Assembly: GCA_021848095.1 (NCBI GenBank)
Contig: JAJZMZ010000024.1
Location: forward strand, 1-43,660
Source of the DNA: Candidatus Micrarchaeota archaeon
GTDB lineage: Archaea; Micrarchaeota; Micrarchaeia; Micrarchaeales; CABMGC01
Length of the DNA: 43,660 nucleotides
Direction: 5' to 3'
In this document: positions 1 to 9,603 of the stretch, one piece after another
Layout: each line of letters starts with the position of its first letter
Position numbering within the stretch: position 1 is the stretch's first letter
Notes under the pieces: generated by a model
What the model was told of the DNA's origin: nothing
Database searches by the model: none
The model's input: the letters and a program-made list of their open reading frames with translations, nothing else
Made by a program: the position numbers and the translations under genes

Positions 1-1396
1 TTTCATATAATGTTATCGGATACAAACCAGGGTTTGCATTTGAGTTAGTACTGACTTGGAAACTTACATTTGCACTTTGACCTGGTGCTAATGAAGCTAT
101 ATAGTAAGAACTTGTTACAGGTATTATCGGATAACTACTTTGTAGAGAGATTTGTATGTTCTTTGCATCTATATTTCCAGTGTTTGTTATAACTAAATTC
201 AAAGGTACCGTTGTTGCTCCCGGAGTTATTGAGTATGTTCCATTAGTTATGTTGAATGTGGATGACGAAGCTACGTTTATTGGAATTGTTTGATTTTTTT
301 CAAATACTGATTTATAATTTGCAGATAAATAACTCAAAGCAGAGTAGAAAGAAGCATTATTTGAGCTATAATTAGAAGCTGAAATTAATAATGACTCTTG
401 CACCGTTTGACCTGGAGCTATACTACCTATAAAGAACTTTGAAACTGAGCTTAAAACATTTATTCCATATCCTGAGTAAAAGTTAGCCGTTACATTTTCT
501 GCTGTTCCAGTACCTATGTTAGATATTCCTAAAACTAAACTTTGGTTATAGCCTTTGTATAGCGTTTGAGGTTGTTCTGATAACACATTAATAACTATAT
601 TTGGATTGTTTATCAATACAGATAAACTTTGATTTTGATTTTGCATGTATGGTTTTCCTGTTTCTGTTTGATATGAAACCTTTATTGGCATTTTATATGT
701 TCCATTAGATATAAACTTACTTGCTTGATATGTAGAGGTTAATTGCACCGATGAACCGTCGCCTAAATATCCAATATTAAATGATTTTGCACCTATTGGG
801 GTAAAACTTGATGTATTTAATAATGAAATTGATATATTTTTAGCTGCGCCATATCCAGAGTTTAAAACATTCAAAGAAACTGAAAAATCTTGTCCAGGTA
901 TTATGCTACTTGGTTCTGCAGTTACTGTTATATTTGGAGCTCCGTTAACATAAAATGTTATTGGTATAGTTGAGGAACCAGTTACCGTTTCAGTTGTTCC
1001 TGAGACTGTTTCGGTTGTTTGGTATGTTGCTAATACATCTAAAGTATATGTACCTGAAGGTGTACTTTTTGGTATATTTATGTTGTAATTAAAGTATGAA
1101 CTTGAACCTCCATAAATTCCTTGTGACATACTACTTATCAAATAAGAGTTAGTTGGTGAGAAGTTCAATATAGGATAAGATCCTTGTAACTGTAAGTTAA
1201 CATTGTTCAATGTTGACGAGTATGAGTCATATATCTGAAAAGATACATGTATCTGAGAACCCGCGGATATTGGATTTGGAGATATCTGTAAGTTAGTCAC
1301 AGATAAAGCATTGTTTATATTTTGTGCGCTTACTAATGCCGGCATAAGTAAGGCAATTACTGCACAAAACATTCCTATTGCAAAATTTTTCTTCAT
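1..1396 (-). CDS. Secreted S-layer/COG1361-like Ig-domain surface protein (partial, runs off the left edge)
   Basis: Not in the ORF track. Read manually from ATG at 1396 (GTGA RBS upstream): MKKNFAIGMFCAVIALLMPALVSAQNINNALSVTNLQISPNPISAGSQIHVSFQI... It has a Sec signal peptide and repeated beta-rich modules (e.g. L.V.NxGxGxAxNV, IPKSTPSGTY). I saw no stop in the stretches I translated, and the ORF track's omission fits an ORF running off the edge. Confidence 0.75.
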   Translation of the reverse strand, partial: MKKNFAIGMFCAVIALLMPALVSAQNINNALSVTNLQISPNPISAGSQIHVSFQIYDSYSSTLNNVNLQLQGSYPILNFSPTNSYLISSMSQGIYGGSSSYFNYNINIPKSTPSGTYTLDVLATYQTTETVSGTTETVTGSSTIPITFYVNGAPNITVTAEPSSIIPGQDFSVSLNVLNSGYGAAKNISISLLNTSSFTPIGAKSFNIGYLGDGSSVQLTSTYQASKFISNGTYKMPIKVSYQTETGKPYMQNQNQSLSVLINNPNIVINVLSEQPQTLYKGYNQSLVLGISNIGTGTAENVTANFYSGYGINVLSSVSKFFIGSIAPGQTVQESLLISASNYSSNNASFYSALSYLSANYKSVFEKNQTIPINVASSSTFNITNGTYSITPGATTVPLNLVITNTGNIDAKNIQISLQSSYPIIPVTSSYYIASLAPGQSANVSFQVSTNSNANPGLYPITLYE

Positions 1397-1427
1397 TTTA
1401 TCACTTTTTATCATAATATCACTTTGT

Positions 1428-2537
1428 TTAATCAATTGTACTCTTAAATAATCTAAAACTCATTATAACTATTATAAGAGAAAATATAATCATAATACTG
1501 AAATCTGTAACTATATGGCTTAATGGGAAGTATCCAGATAACATAACATCTCTTATTCCGCTAGTCGCATATGTTAAAGGATCTCCTATGCTAAATGGCT
1601 GTATAAAAGCTGGAAAAGATGATGCAGGAAAGAACGCCCCTGAAAGAAACCACGTAGGTAGTGTTATTGCTTGTGCTACAATAGCGTATAACTCAACTGT
1701 TTTTATTCTTGATGCTACTATTAAAGCAATAGCGTTGAATGATAGCGAAACAAAGAATATCAGTGCTATTATCCATAAGAAGCCTATTACTCCCATAGCT
1801 ATTCCAGCTCCAAAAACAAATCCTAAACATAAAGCAAGTATGCCATACAATAATGATTGTACAGTTCCTGCTAGTAGCTTTCCTAATAAAATTGCATCCT
1901 TATTTATCGGAGCAACTAAAAATGACTTTATAGTGCCTAACTGCCTATCTACTATTATTGAAAATCCACTTCCGAAGATTGAACCGAACGCAGTTGCCAT
2001 TATTATTACACTTGCAATTATGAAGTCACGATAATTACTTGAGGCTCCGGTAGTTGGATTAGATGAAACTATTGGTGCCGTCTGTTGTTGTTTTTGTTGT
2101 ATAGCGCTTCCGAAATTAGATGCAGTACCTTCTATGAATGGAAGTATTGCACTTACTGTACTAAATTGACTATTTGAGTAATAAACATAAACTGACGGAT
2201 TCCCATTTTGGTTTTGAGGAAATGTTGGAGCTATAGTTATTATTGCAGTAACTTCTCCATTTTGAAGTAACGAAAGAGCCGTTTCTTGATTGGTAAGTGT
2301 TAGTATATTTATCATATTTTGTCCTTGAAGTGCATTTATAAATTGAGTTGAAATTTGATTATTTGCTAAATTTACTACAGCGACAGGAACATTTGATACA
2401 GATGTACCTAAGTTTCCAAAAAATAATATAATTATAAGTGGGAACATTAGAGAACGTATAATATTAGTTCTAAGATTGCTTTTGAAAACTAACATCTCTC
2501 TTTTTGCAATCGTTATTGAATCGGAAAAAAGTGTCAA
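1428..2537 (-). CDS. ABC-2 type exporter permease
   Basis: N-terminal TM, extracellular loop, then 5 TMs; motifs DRQLGTIKSFLVAP and FLSGAFFP..DPLTYA; TTG start; adjacent to an ABC ATPase. Confidence 0.92.
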   Translation of the reverse strand: MTLFSDSITIAKREMLVFKSNLRTNIIRSLMFPLIIILFFGNLGTSVSNVPVAVVNLANNQISTQFINALQGQNMINILTLTNQETALSLLQNGEVTAIITIAPTFPQNQNGNPSVYVYYSNSQFSTVSAILPFIEGTASNFGSAIQQKQQQTAPIVSSNPTTGASSNYRDFIIASVIIMATAFGSIFGSGFSIIVDRQLGTIKSFLVAPINKDAILLGKLLAGTVQSLLYGILALCLGFVFGAGIAMGVIGFLWIIALIFFVSLSFNAIALIVASRIKTVELYAIVAQAITLPTWFLSGAFFPASSFPAFIQPFSIGDPLTYATSGIRDVMLSGYFPLSHIVTDFSIMIIFSLIIVIMSFRLFKSTID

Positions 2538-2542
2538 ATAAA

Positions 2543-3532
2543 TTACCTTCTAAATCTTGCCTGAGAAGCAACATTTTCTGATGATGTACTGTCCCTGAAG
2601 CTAGCTCCTGTTAGTTTTATAAAAACATCATCCATCGTTGGAAGATGAACACTATATGCAAGAACATGAATTTTTTCTTTTTCTAAATACTGTGCTATTT
2701 TAATTGATAATCCCATTGAATCTTTTTGAATGTCTCCTTTAATTATGTCTCCCTCTACAGATAACTTCAACTTGAATTTATTTGATATTATTTTTGTTGC
2801 TTTATCCACATCCTCTGGTTTAAGTGTTATTTCAAGAACATTTCCTTCAGAGACCATTCTTTTTAACTCCGAAGCAGTACCTATTGCTTTTATCTCTCCA
2901 TGATCAATTATAGCTATTCTATCACATAATGCATCTGATTCTTCCAAATACTGTGTAGTTAATATTACAGTTATTCCCTTATCGTTTAATTTTCTAATAC
3001 TATCCCACATGCCCACTCTACTCTGCACATCTAAACCCGTTGTTGGCTCGTCAAGTATTAGTATACTAGGTTCTTGCAACATTGATTTTACAAGATTTAA
3101 TCGTCTTTGCATTCCTCCCGAAAATGTTCCAGCTGCTTTATTCGCAAACTCTTTTAGATTCGCATCTTCTAATGCCTTGTTAACTCTTTTTTCAATTTCA
3201 TTTTCAGGAACGTGATATAACTTTGCAAATATTGTTAAATTATCTCTTGCCGAAAGATATCCATCTACCACTGTTTCCTGTGTCATAAAACCTATTAACT
3301 GCTTAACTTTAAGTGAGTCCTCAACATTGTCATAACCCTCGATTGTTATACTTCCTGAAGTTGGTTTTAACAAACCTAAAATCATATTTAATGTTGTTGT
3401 TTTTCCTGCTCCATTTGGTCCTAAAATACCAAATATTTCTCCTTTTTTGATATTGAAAGAAATACCTTTAACTGCTTGGAATGTACCAAATGTTTTTTTA
3501 ATATTTTTAATATCTACTGCAGAATCATTCAT
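2543..3532 (-). CDS. ABC exporter ATP-binding protein (DrrA/NodI-like)
   Basis: Walker A GPNGAGKTT, signature FSGGMQRR, Walker B ILILDEPT, C-terminal PTMDDVFIKLTG. Confidence 0.95.
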   Translation of the reverse strand: MNDSAVDIKNIKKTFGTFQAVKGISFNIKKGEIFGILGPNGAGKTTTLNMILGLLKPTSGSITIEGYDNVEDSLKVKQLIGFMTQETVVDGYLSARDNLTIFAKLYHVPENEIEKRVNKALEDANLKEFANKAAGTFSGGMQRRLNLVKSMLQEPSILILDEPTTGLDVQSRVGMWDSIRKLNDKGITVILTTQYLEESDALCDRIAIIDHGEIKAIGTASELKRMVSEGNVLEITLKPEDVDKATKIISNKFKLKLSVEGDIIKGDIQKDSMGLSIKIAQYLEKEKIHVLAYSVHLPTMDDVFIKLTGASFRDSTSSENVASQARFRR

Positions 3533-3881
3533 TCATTTCAACCATTAACTCTTTTAACGAGTTTAAGTAATCCTCAACTATGGATTTAAATTTTTTTGAT
3601 AACCTTCTTCCTTTTGGCGTAAGCTCAAGGACTTTTTGTGTTTTTATTTTTTTGTTAACTGTAGATTTTATCAAACCTAATTTTTCCATTGCTAATATTA
3701 CGTTATAAATATCATTTTTTGTAACGTCTAAAGAAATTTTTTTATTTGATTGTATTTCTTTCATTAAAGCGTATGTATGTATCTTCTTTTTTTCTAATTT
3801 TTTAATTATTAAAATTCTTAATATTCCACTTTTAAAATTTTTATTTACGCAAGTGAAATCCATTTTAATATTATTTTTCAT
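3525..3881 (-). CDS. PadR-family winged-helix transcriptional regulator
   Basis: G.LRILII..L....HTYAL, IY..L..MEK.GLI, LTPKGR pattern; overlaps the ABC ATPase start. ATG at 3881 chosen over the TTG at 3890. Confidence 0.8.
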   Translation of the reverse strand: MKNNIKMDFTCVNKNFKSGILRILIIKKLEKKKIHTYALMKEIQSNKKISLDVTKNDIYNVILAMEKLGLIKSTVNKKIKTQKVLELTPKGRRLSKKFKSIVEDYLNSLKELMVEMNE

Positions 3882-4023
3882 AAGTATCAATTAGTTTAAA
3901 TTTAAAATAGTATTATATGGAGTGTAATATTTATATATTGATATGATTTATGAACAGTTATTGAAGTATATCATTAATGGAACTTAAAACAAAAAGAATA
4001 TAAAAAAGCAATATCCATATATA

Positions 4024-6828
4024 ATGGATAAAATGTTAGATATTAATTTTATTGAAGCAAAATGGCAACGTGAATGGGCCAATGCAAAACTTTTTGAGTC
4101 AGAAGTAAATCAAAAAAAACCATTTATGATTACAGCTGCGATACCTTATCCTAACGGTCCTCAACACATAGGACATTTTAGAACATATGGAACGGCAGAT
4201 ACACTTGCTAGATATAAAAGAATGAAAGGTTTCAATGTCCTCTATCCTTTTGGTTTTCATTTGACAGGAATACCGCTTTTAGCACAAGCAAATAAAGTAA
4301 AGGAAAGGGATCAGAACATAATTAATGACTTTAAAAGTTTTGGTATTTCTGATCAAGAAATAGAAAAGATGTCAGATCCTCTTTATATGGGTACTTACTT
4401 TGCAAGTGAAGTAGAAAGTGGCATAAAACTTTCAGGTTTCAGTATAGATTGGAGAAGGAGATTTACAACAATAGACCCAAAATTCAGCAAGTTTATAGAG
4501 TGGCAGTTTGAAATTCTTAAAGAAAAAGGGTGTTTAGTTCAAGGAAGTCATCCGGTGGGGTGGTGTAAAAAAGAAAGTAATGCTGTAGGTATGCACGATA
4601 CAAAAGGAGATGCTGAACCTGAGATAGAACAAGAATCAGGAGTAATATTCGATATAGTAGGAGAAACATATGGATTAATATGCGCAACATATAGACCAGA
4701 AACAATTTATGGTGTTACAAATGTTTTCGTTAAACCTGAAACTACATATTATATATGTAAGGTAAATGATTCACAAAATATTATTGTATCGGATAAAACT
4801 TATGAGAAATTAAGTTTCCAATTAAAATTAGAAAAGATATCTGAAATAAAAGGACAAGAGTTATTAAATAAAAAATGTATAAATCCGTTATCTAAAGTAG
4901 AGATACCAATTTTACCGGGATCATTTGTAAAGGAAGATTTAGGGACAGGAAGTGTAATGAGTGTACCTGCACATGCTCCATTTGATTACGTTGCATTAAA
5001 AAAACTATATAACTCTGGTTACTTAAAAGAAGAGGTTAAACCTGTAGTTGTATTAAAAATAACAGGTGTCGAAGCTGAGATACCCTCAATATATTACCTA
5101 ACAAAGGTATCTGGAGATATTAATTCTTCTGATGAAAAGATAGAAGAAGCGACTAAATTAGAATATAAAGAAGAAGCACATAAAGGAGTAATGACATTTC
5201 CAGGTTATGAAAATGTATCTGAGTTAGAAACAAGAGAAAAGATAAAGAATGCATTATCTGTAGATAAAAAATACTTTCCGATTTATATTTTAGCAAATAA
5301 AACTAAGGTTTTATGTAGATGTGGTACTGAGATAGTTGTTAAAGTAATAGACAATCAATGGTTTATAAACTATGGAGATGAAACTTGGAAAAGTTCAGCA
5401 ATGAAGTTACTATCTGAGATAGATGTAATTCCATTAAAATCAAAAAATGCTCTTTCATCAGCTATAAATTGGATAAATTTAAGAGCGGTTGCAAGAGCAC
5501 AAGGATTAGGAACTAGATTCCCATTAGATAAAAATTACATAATAGAATCACTTTCTGATTCTACAATATACATGGCTTATTATACAATAGATTATATAAT
5601 AAAAAGTGTTGATGATGAAAAACTTACACCTGAATTTTTTGATTTTGTATTTAGAGGGATAGGAAATATAGAAGATATATCGAAAAAAACAGGAATAGAT
5701 TATGAAGTAATTAAAAAATCACGCGAATCATTTACTTATTGGTATACAAATACGTCAAGAGCTTCAGGATTAGATTTAATTTTTAATCATCTTACGATGT
5801 ATATTTTTAACCATGTACTAATTTTTGATAAAGAATACTGGCCTAAACACATTGTTATAAATGGTTTAGTAATGATGAATGGAGAAAAAATGAGTAAAAG
5901 TTTGGGAAATGTACTTTTAGTCAAAGACGCAATTAAAAAGTATGGTTCAGATATTTTAAAGTTAGTTGAGATAGGCAATGCCGATCTTTTTAATGACTCA
6001 GACTTCAATGTAGAAACAGCAAATAGTGTTAGAGATAAATTAGAGTTCTTTTTTGATTGTTGTGTGAAACTTAATGAAATACCTAGCAATAAACTTGAAC
6101 AAATTGATTATTGGTTATACTCTAAATTAAACAATAAAAAAACTATAATAACAAATGCAATGGAGAAATTAGAGTTAAGAGATCTTGTAACAAATATAGT
6201 ATTTAATACCTCAATAGAGTTAAAAAGATACTTTAGCAGAGGAGGGAATAATGCAATTGTATTGAAAGATTATCTTTCAGATGTATCATTGATGTTACAA
6301 CCTATTGCACCACACATATCAGAAGAGTTATGGCACATATTAGGAAATACAACATTTACAACAACTGAGAAGTGGCCTGAAACAGATAAAGAATTAATCG
6401 ATATGAAAATAGAGGAAAAAGAGCAAGAAATAGACTCATTAATAGATGACATAAAACAAGCATATGAGTTAACAAAGAAAAAAATACCCAACATATCTTC
6501 ATGTAATATTATTGTTGCTAGTCAATGGAAACGTGATGCACTGAACTCTTTAATTGAAACCAAAAAAATAGATGCAACAATTACGTCTTTAGGAGATAAA
6601 GTAAACAAAGAACAAGCAGCAAAGTATCTCTCGCAATTATTTAAAAAAGTAAATGAATTAAAAATGTGCAGTATAAGTGAGCAAGATGAGTATGAGTCTT
6701 TAAGTTCTTCAAAAGAATACATCTCAAAAATAATAGGAATTCCAATAGAAATTCAAAGAGAAAATGATTCTATCTCACAGAGAGCGGGTAAGGCTACGCC
6801 GATGAAACCAAGTATAGAAATACTTTAG
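4024..6828 (+). CDS. leuS: Leucine--tRNA ligase (archaeal type)
   Basis: PYPNGPQHIGH, KMSKS, CP1 editing motifs (TYRPETIYG, GTGSVMSVPAHAPFDY), IESLSDSTIYMAYY, C-terminal A.PMKPSI. Confidence 0.97.
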   Translation: MDKMLDINFIEAKWQREWANAKLFESEVNQKKPFMITAAIPYPNGPQHIGHFRTYGTADTLARYKRMKGFNVLYPFGFHLTGIPLLAQANKVKERDQNIINDFKSFGISDQEIEKMSDPLYMGTYFASEVESGIKLSGFSIDWRRRFTTIDPKFSKFIEWQFEILKEKGCLVQGSHPVGWCKKESNAVGMHDTKGDAEPEIEQESGVIFDIVGETYGLICATYRPETIYGVTNVFVKPETTYYICKVNDSQNIIVSDKTYEKLSFQLKLEKISEIKGQELLNKKCINPLSKVEIPILPGSFVKEDLGTGSVMSVPAHAPFDYVALKKLYNSGYLKEEVKPVVVLKITGVEAEIPSIYYLTKVSGDINSSDEKIEEATKLEYKEEAHKGVMTFPGYENVSELETREKIKNALSVDKKYFPIYILANKTKVLCRCGTEIVVKVIDNQWFINYGDETWKSSAMKLLSEIDVIPLKSKNALSSAINWINLRAVARAQGLGTRFPLDKNYIIESLSDSTIYMAYYTIDYIIKSVDDEKLTPEFFDFVFRGIGNIEDISKKTGIDYEVIKKSRESFTYWYTNTSRASGLDLIFNHLTMYIFNHVLIFDKEYWPKHIVINGLVMMNGEKMSKSLGNVLLVKDAIKKYGSDILKLVEIGNADLFNDSDFNVETANSVRDKLEFFFDCCVKLNEIPSNKLEQIDYWLYSKLNNKKTIITNAMEKLELRDLVTNIVFNTSIELKRYFSRGGNNAIVLKDYLSDVSLMLQPIAPHISEELWHILGNTTFTTTEKWPETDKELIDMKIEEKEQEIDSLIDDIKQAYELTKKKIPNISSCNIIVASQWKRDALNSLIETKKIDATITSLGDKVNKEQAAKYLSQLFKKVNELKMCSISEQDEYESLSSSKEYISKIIGIPIEIQRENDSISQRAGKATPMKPSIEIL

Positions 6829-7328
6829 TACCTTTCAGTAAGTACTTTTTCGCAGGCGTTAAAGAATTCTTTTGAAAGATTTACTACCGTTTTATTAAAA
6901 ACACGTAGCCTTACAAAGATTAGATGACTATCGTTTAATTTAGGTATATTTTCTTGAGATTCAGATATTTGTTCAATTATATTATCTCTAAAAACATCAA
7001 TATTTCTACTTAAAAATTTGAGTACAGGTAACCTGTTTGCTAAAGTAGTATCTGCCAAAGAATATGTTGATTTAGAAATAGATTGAATTGAATCAATTGC
7101 AAATTTAGAACAGGATATTATTGTATTTGTTGATCTTTCTAAAAGTGTGTATTTATATGATTGATCTGCATTTGCTCTACTTAAAACTTTTAAATGTTTT
7201 TTGAATGAAAACTCATTAAAATCAGTAAAGTATTTATCTAAATTAGCAATATTTGAAGATACAACTTTGTTTTGCCAATCTCTAATTACAATTTGGTTTT
7301 TTGTTAAGTTTGGTTTCTCTGAAGACAT
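6825..7328 (-). CDS. Hypothetical soluble helical protein (likely paralogue of 7341..7922)
   Basis: 167-aa ORF with a GGTGA RBS upstream; its stop overlaps the convergent leuS stop; no recognisable family. Confidence 0.7.
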   Translation of the reverse strand: MSSEKPNLTKNQIVIRDWQNKVVSSNIANLDKYFTDFNEFSFKKHLKVLSRANADQSYKYTLLERSTNTIISCSKFAIDSIQSISKSTYSLADTTLANRLPVLKFLSRNIDVFRDNIIEQISESQENIPKLNDSHLIFVRLRVFNKTVVNLSKEFFNACEKVLTERY

Positions 7329-7340
7329 AAATTTTCACCA

Positions 7341-7922
7341 TTATTGATTTTTATAAATAAAATTAATGTAATCATCTAGTGATTTAGATAATTTTTTATT
7401 TTCATAATTAAGTATTTTTAATAAACTAGTTGTTGAACGAATAGGGTCGTTTTCCGTTTGTTTTTCAATGCTAATTAAATGATCTTCATAAAAATTAAAC
7501 GAAACTAAACATAAACTATTCAGGTGGGATATTTTACTGACATTTGCAATTGAATTAGAATTATGAGATAAATCTGAATTTGTAACTTCATATAATATTC
7601 TAAAAAATCTACTAAATACTATATCATCACTTACAAAAATTTCATAACAGTCTCTAACACATTGTTCAAGTAAGTATACATCTCCAAAATTATCTTTTTT
7701 ACTTGAAGTAATTTGTAAACAATCAGTTGTTCTAGAACGTATTAACATTTTAACATTATGTATTGATAATTTTGCCTTTTCTTCTTTTTCAGAATAAGAT
7801 CGGGCTTTTTTAATTACTCCTTCACGAACATAATTTTCAAGTCTGCTATACTTAACTTTTAATTTTTTAAGTGAATCACGAGACCAACTTTCTGAGTCTC
7901 CTAATTGTGTAGTAATGGGCAT
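7341..7922 (-). CDS. Hypothetical soluble helical protein (likely paralogue of 6825..7328)
   Basis: 193-aa ORF preceded by a BRE/TATA-like element; no recognisable family. Confidence 0.7.
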   Translation of the reverse strand: MPITTQLGDSESWSRDSLKKLKVKYSRLENYVREGVIKKARSYSEKEEKAKLSIHNVKMLIRSRTTDCLQITSSKKDNFGDVYLLEQCVRDCYEIFVSDDIVFSRFFRILYEVTNSDLSHNSNSIANVSKISHLNSLCLVSFNFYEDHLISIEKQTENDPIRSTTSLLKILNYENKKLSKSLDDYINFIYKNQ

Positions 7923-7951
7923 TGGATCAATAAAAATTATATTTTATTTGA

Positions 7952-7967
7952 TATAAATATCTTTCTT
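7952..7967 (-). promoter_or_regulatory. Putative archaeal BRE-TATA promoter (AAGAAAGATATTTATA)
   Basis: Purine-rich BRE plus TATTTATA about 30 nt upstream of the ATG at 7922. Confidence 0.5.
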
Positions 7968-7968
7968 A

Positions 7969-8661
7969 TTAAAAACCACGAAATAGTACTCCCCTGTATA
8001 AGTTAGACATTATAAATGCAATGACTAACAAGAATCCTATGTTATATATCATACCGGTTACTGATAAACCAATAAATGGACTTAAATATAGTAAAAGAAT
8101 AACTGTAGAGATTAATGTAATTACATAAATAGGTTTATTCCAGCTTAAAACCTTACTTCCATCAAGTGGATATATTGGAAGCATATTGAAAAAAGCTAAC
8201 CATAAATTAATGAATGCAGTAAATACTAATGTTGCTTCTATGTATGTATTAAATTGTATTAGAAATGCTAATGCAAACACAATAAAGAACAGTATCAAGT
8301 TTGTTAAAGGACCTACTAGTGAAACTATACCGTTTTCTTTTTTTGTGAAGTTATTCGTGTAGATCATTGTTGCTCCGGGCATTGCCATTAAAAATCCAAT
8401 AAAACTGGTTACAAGGGCAATTATTATACCAAAATCAGATCTTTTGAATGCGGCTACTGCTCCAAAACGCTGTGCTGAAATTTTATGCATGTATTCGTGT
8501 AATATAAATGAAACAGTAACTGCAATTAATGCCATAGGAAAGTAATATATGAAATTTTTAAATCCTAAAATAATAGAAAATGCTATAGATAAAGCTATGT
8601 CTGCTATTATTAAGTCAGTAAGCTCTTCTTTTGTGGGAATATTACTTCTAGCGTTTGCCAT
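7969..8661 (-). CDS. Site-2 protease / peptidase M50 family intramembrane zinc metalloprotease
   Basis: HEYMH zinc motif, SLVGPLTN, FNMLPIYPLDG; multiple TMs. Confidence 0.93.
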   Translation of the reverse strand: MANARSNIPTKEELTDLIIADIALSIAFSIILGFKNFIYYFPMALIAVTVSFILHEYMHKISAQRFGAVAAFKRSDFGIIIALVTSFIGFLMAMPGATMIYTNNFTKKENGIVSLVGPLTNLILFFIVFALAFLIQFNTYIEATLVFTAFINLWLAFFNMLPIYPLDGSKVLSWNKPIYVITLISTVILLLYLSPFIGLSVTGMIYNIGFLLVIAFIMSNLYRGVLFRGF

Positions 8662-8752
8662 ATATTAACACATTAATTAAACAAATGTTAATATTTAAAC
8701 AATAAAGTTTAATAACTCTCTTTAACAAAATAAATAAAATAACTACAATTAA

Positions 8753-8845
8753 AGCCCCATCGTCTAGTGGTCACCTTTTAATTAGGACATAAAAGGACGG
8801 CAGGCTCTGGACCTGCAAACGCCAGTTCGAATCTGGCTGGGGCTA
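8753..8845 (+). tRNA. tRNA-Gln(CUG) with ~20-nt D-loop intron (~8773-8792)
   Basis: Acceptor AGCCCCA/TGGGGCT (A1-U72 typical of archaeal tRNA-Gln), D stem GTCT/GGAC, anticodon arm GCAGG-CTCTGGA-CCTGC (CTG at 8807-8809), T arm GCCAG-TTCGAAT-CTGGC. Removing the insert gives a 73-nt tRNA. Confidence 0.92.
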
Positions 8846-8857
8846 ATTTAAATATCT

Positions 8858-8869
8858 GAAAGTTTATAA
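8858..8869 (+). promoter_or_regulatory. Putative BRE-TATA promoter (GAAAGTTTATAA) for the kinase-like gene
   Basis: Consensus-like element just upstream of ATGs at 8878/8884, which would give a leaderless transcript. Confidence 0.4.
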
Positions 8870-8877
8870 CTTTAGAT

Positions 8878-9510
8878 ATGAACATGTCTTCTTCTGCTTT
8901 TAAAACAAAGCAATTCCCTTTAGAAAAAATAGATTTGTATTCTGTAGAGTTATGTTCGGGTTTAGAAAAAAGAGGATTAAAAAATAATAATGTATTTTTT
9001 AAGTGTATAAGATCAGACATATATCAAGATAATAGATTTCTTTTTGGAAAGGACGTTTTTGATACAGCTAGTTTTAAACATCCATTCAGATCAGAAAGAG
9101 CAGTAGTGGTCAGATACAAAGAGTTAGAGATAACAGGAGAGTTCAATCAACTTGAAAAGATATACAGAGTAATGCCTGAAAGTACAGCTATACCGATATG
9201 TTTAGTCACTTTTAGAAATAATGTAGTAGGTTATCTTGCTGAAAATGTAAGTGGAACACCTTTTCTTTCTTTAAAAAGAGATAAAAGAGTAAAATACCTT
9301 AATGAGTGTGTAATTCCAGTTATCTACAAACTGCATCAAAATAATATCGGACATGGAGATATATTGGTGGGTAACTCAGAAGGAGGAGGAAACATATTCA
9401 TAGTTGAGAATGGCATAAAATTAATAGACCCTCTACCTGGATATAAAGGAATTACAGATAAAGAAAGAATTGAATTTGACATAGAAAATATAAGACGTGT
9501 GTTGAGTTAG
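8878..9510 (+). CDS. Divergent protein kinase-like (RIO/Bud32/Kdo-like fold) protein
   Basis: LHQNNIGHGD...GNIFI...IKLIDP catalytic and metal-binding motifs; EFNQLEKI alphaC-like segment; LAENVSG hinge. Confidence 0.7.
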   Translation: MNMSSSAFKTKQFPLEKIDLYSVELCSGLEKRGLKNNNVFFKCIRSDIYQDNRFLFGKDVFDTASFKHPFRSERAVVVRYKELEITGEFNQLEKIYRVMPESTAIPICLVTFRNNVVGYLAENVSGTPFLSLKRDKRVKYLNECVIPVIYKLHQNNIGHGDILVGNSEGGGNIFIVENGIKLIDPLPGYKGITDKERIEFDIENIRRVLS

Positions 9511-9603
9511 GAGTAGAAAATAATGTCATAGTTTTTATATTTTTATCTTTAATATTATACTAAGTATTCTTAATAGTACTTAAAATTAATAATTATTGAT
9601 TTC

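Noticed and set aside
1588-2034. 148-aa plus-strand ORF and the many other short antisense/alternate-frame ORFs in the track
   Set aside because: They lie fully inside well-supported genes and have no motifs; shadow ORFs.
8778-9020. 80-aa minus-strand ORF
   Set aside because: Antisense to tRNA-Gln and the kinase-like gene; its C-terminus is just the translated tRNA.
8753-9600. Integrative element at tRNA-Gln
   Set aside because: No integrase and no duplicated tRNA 3' end (att site) seen downstream; rfcS follows directly.
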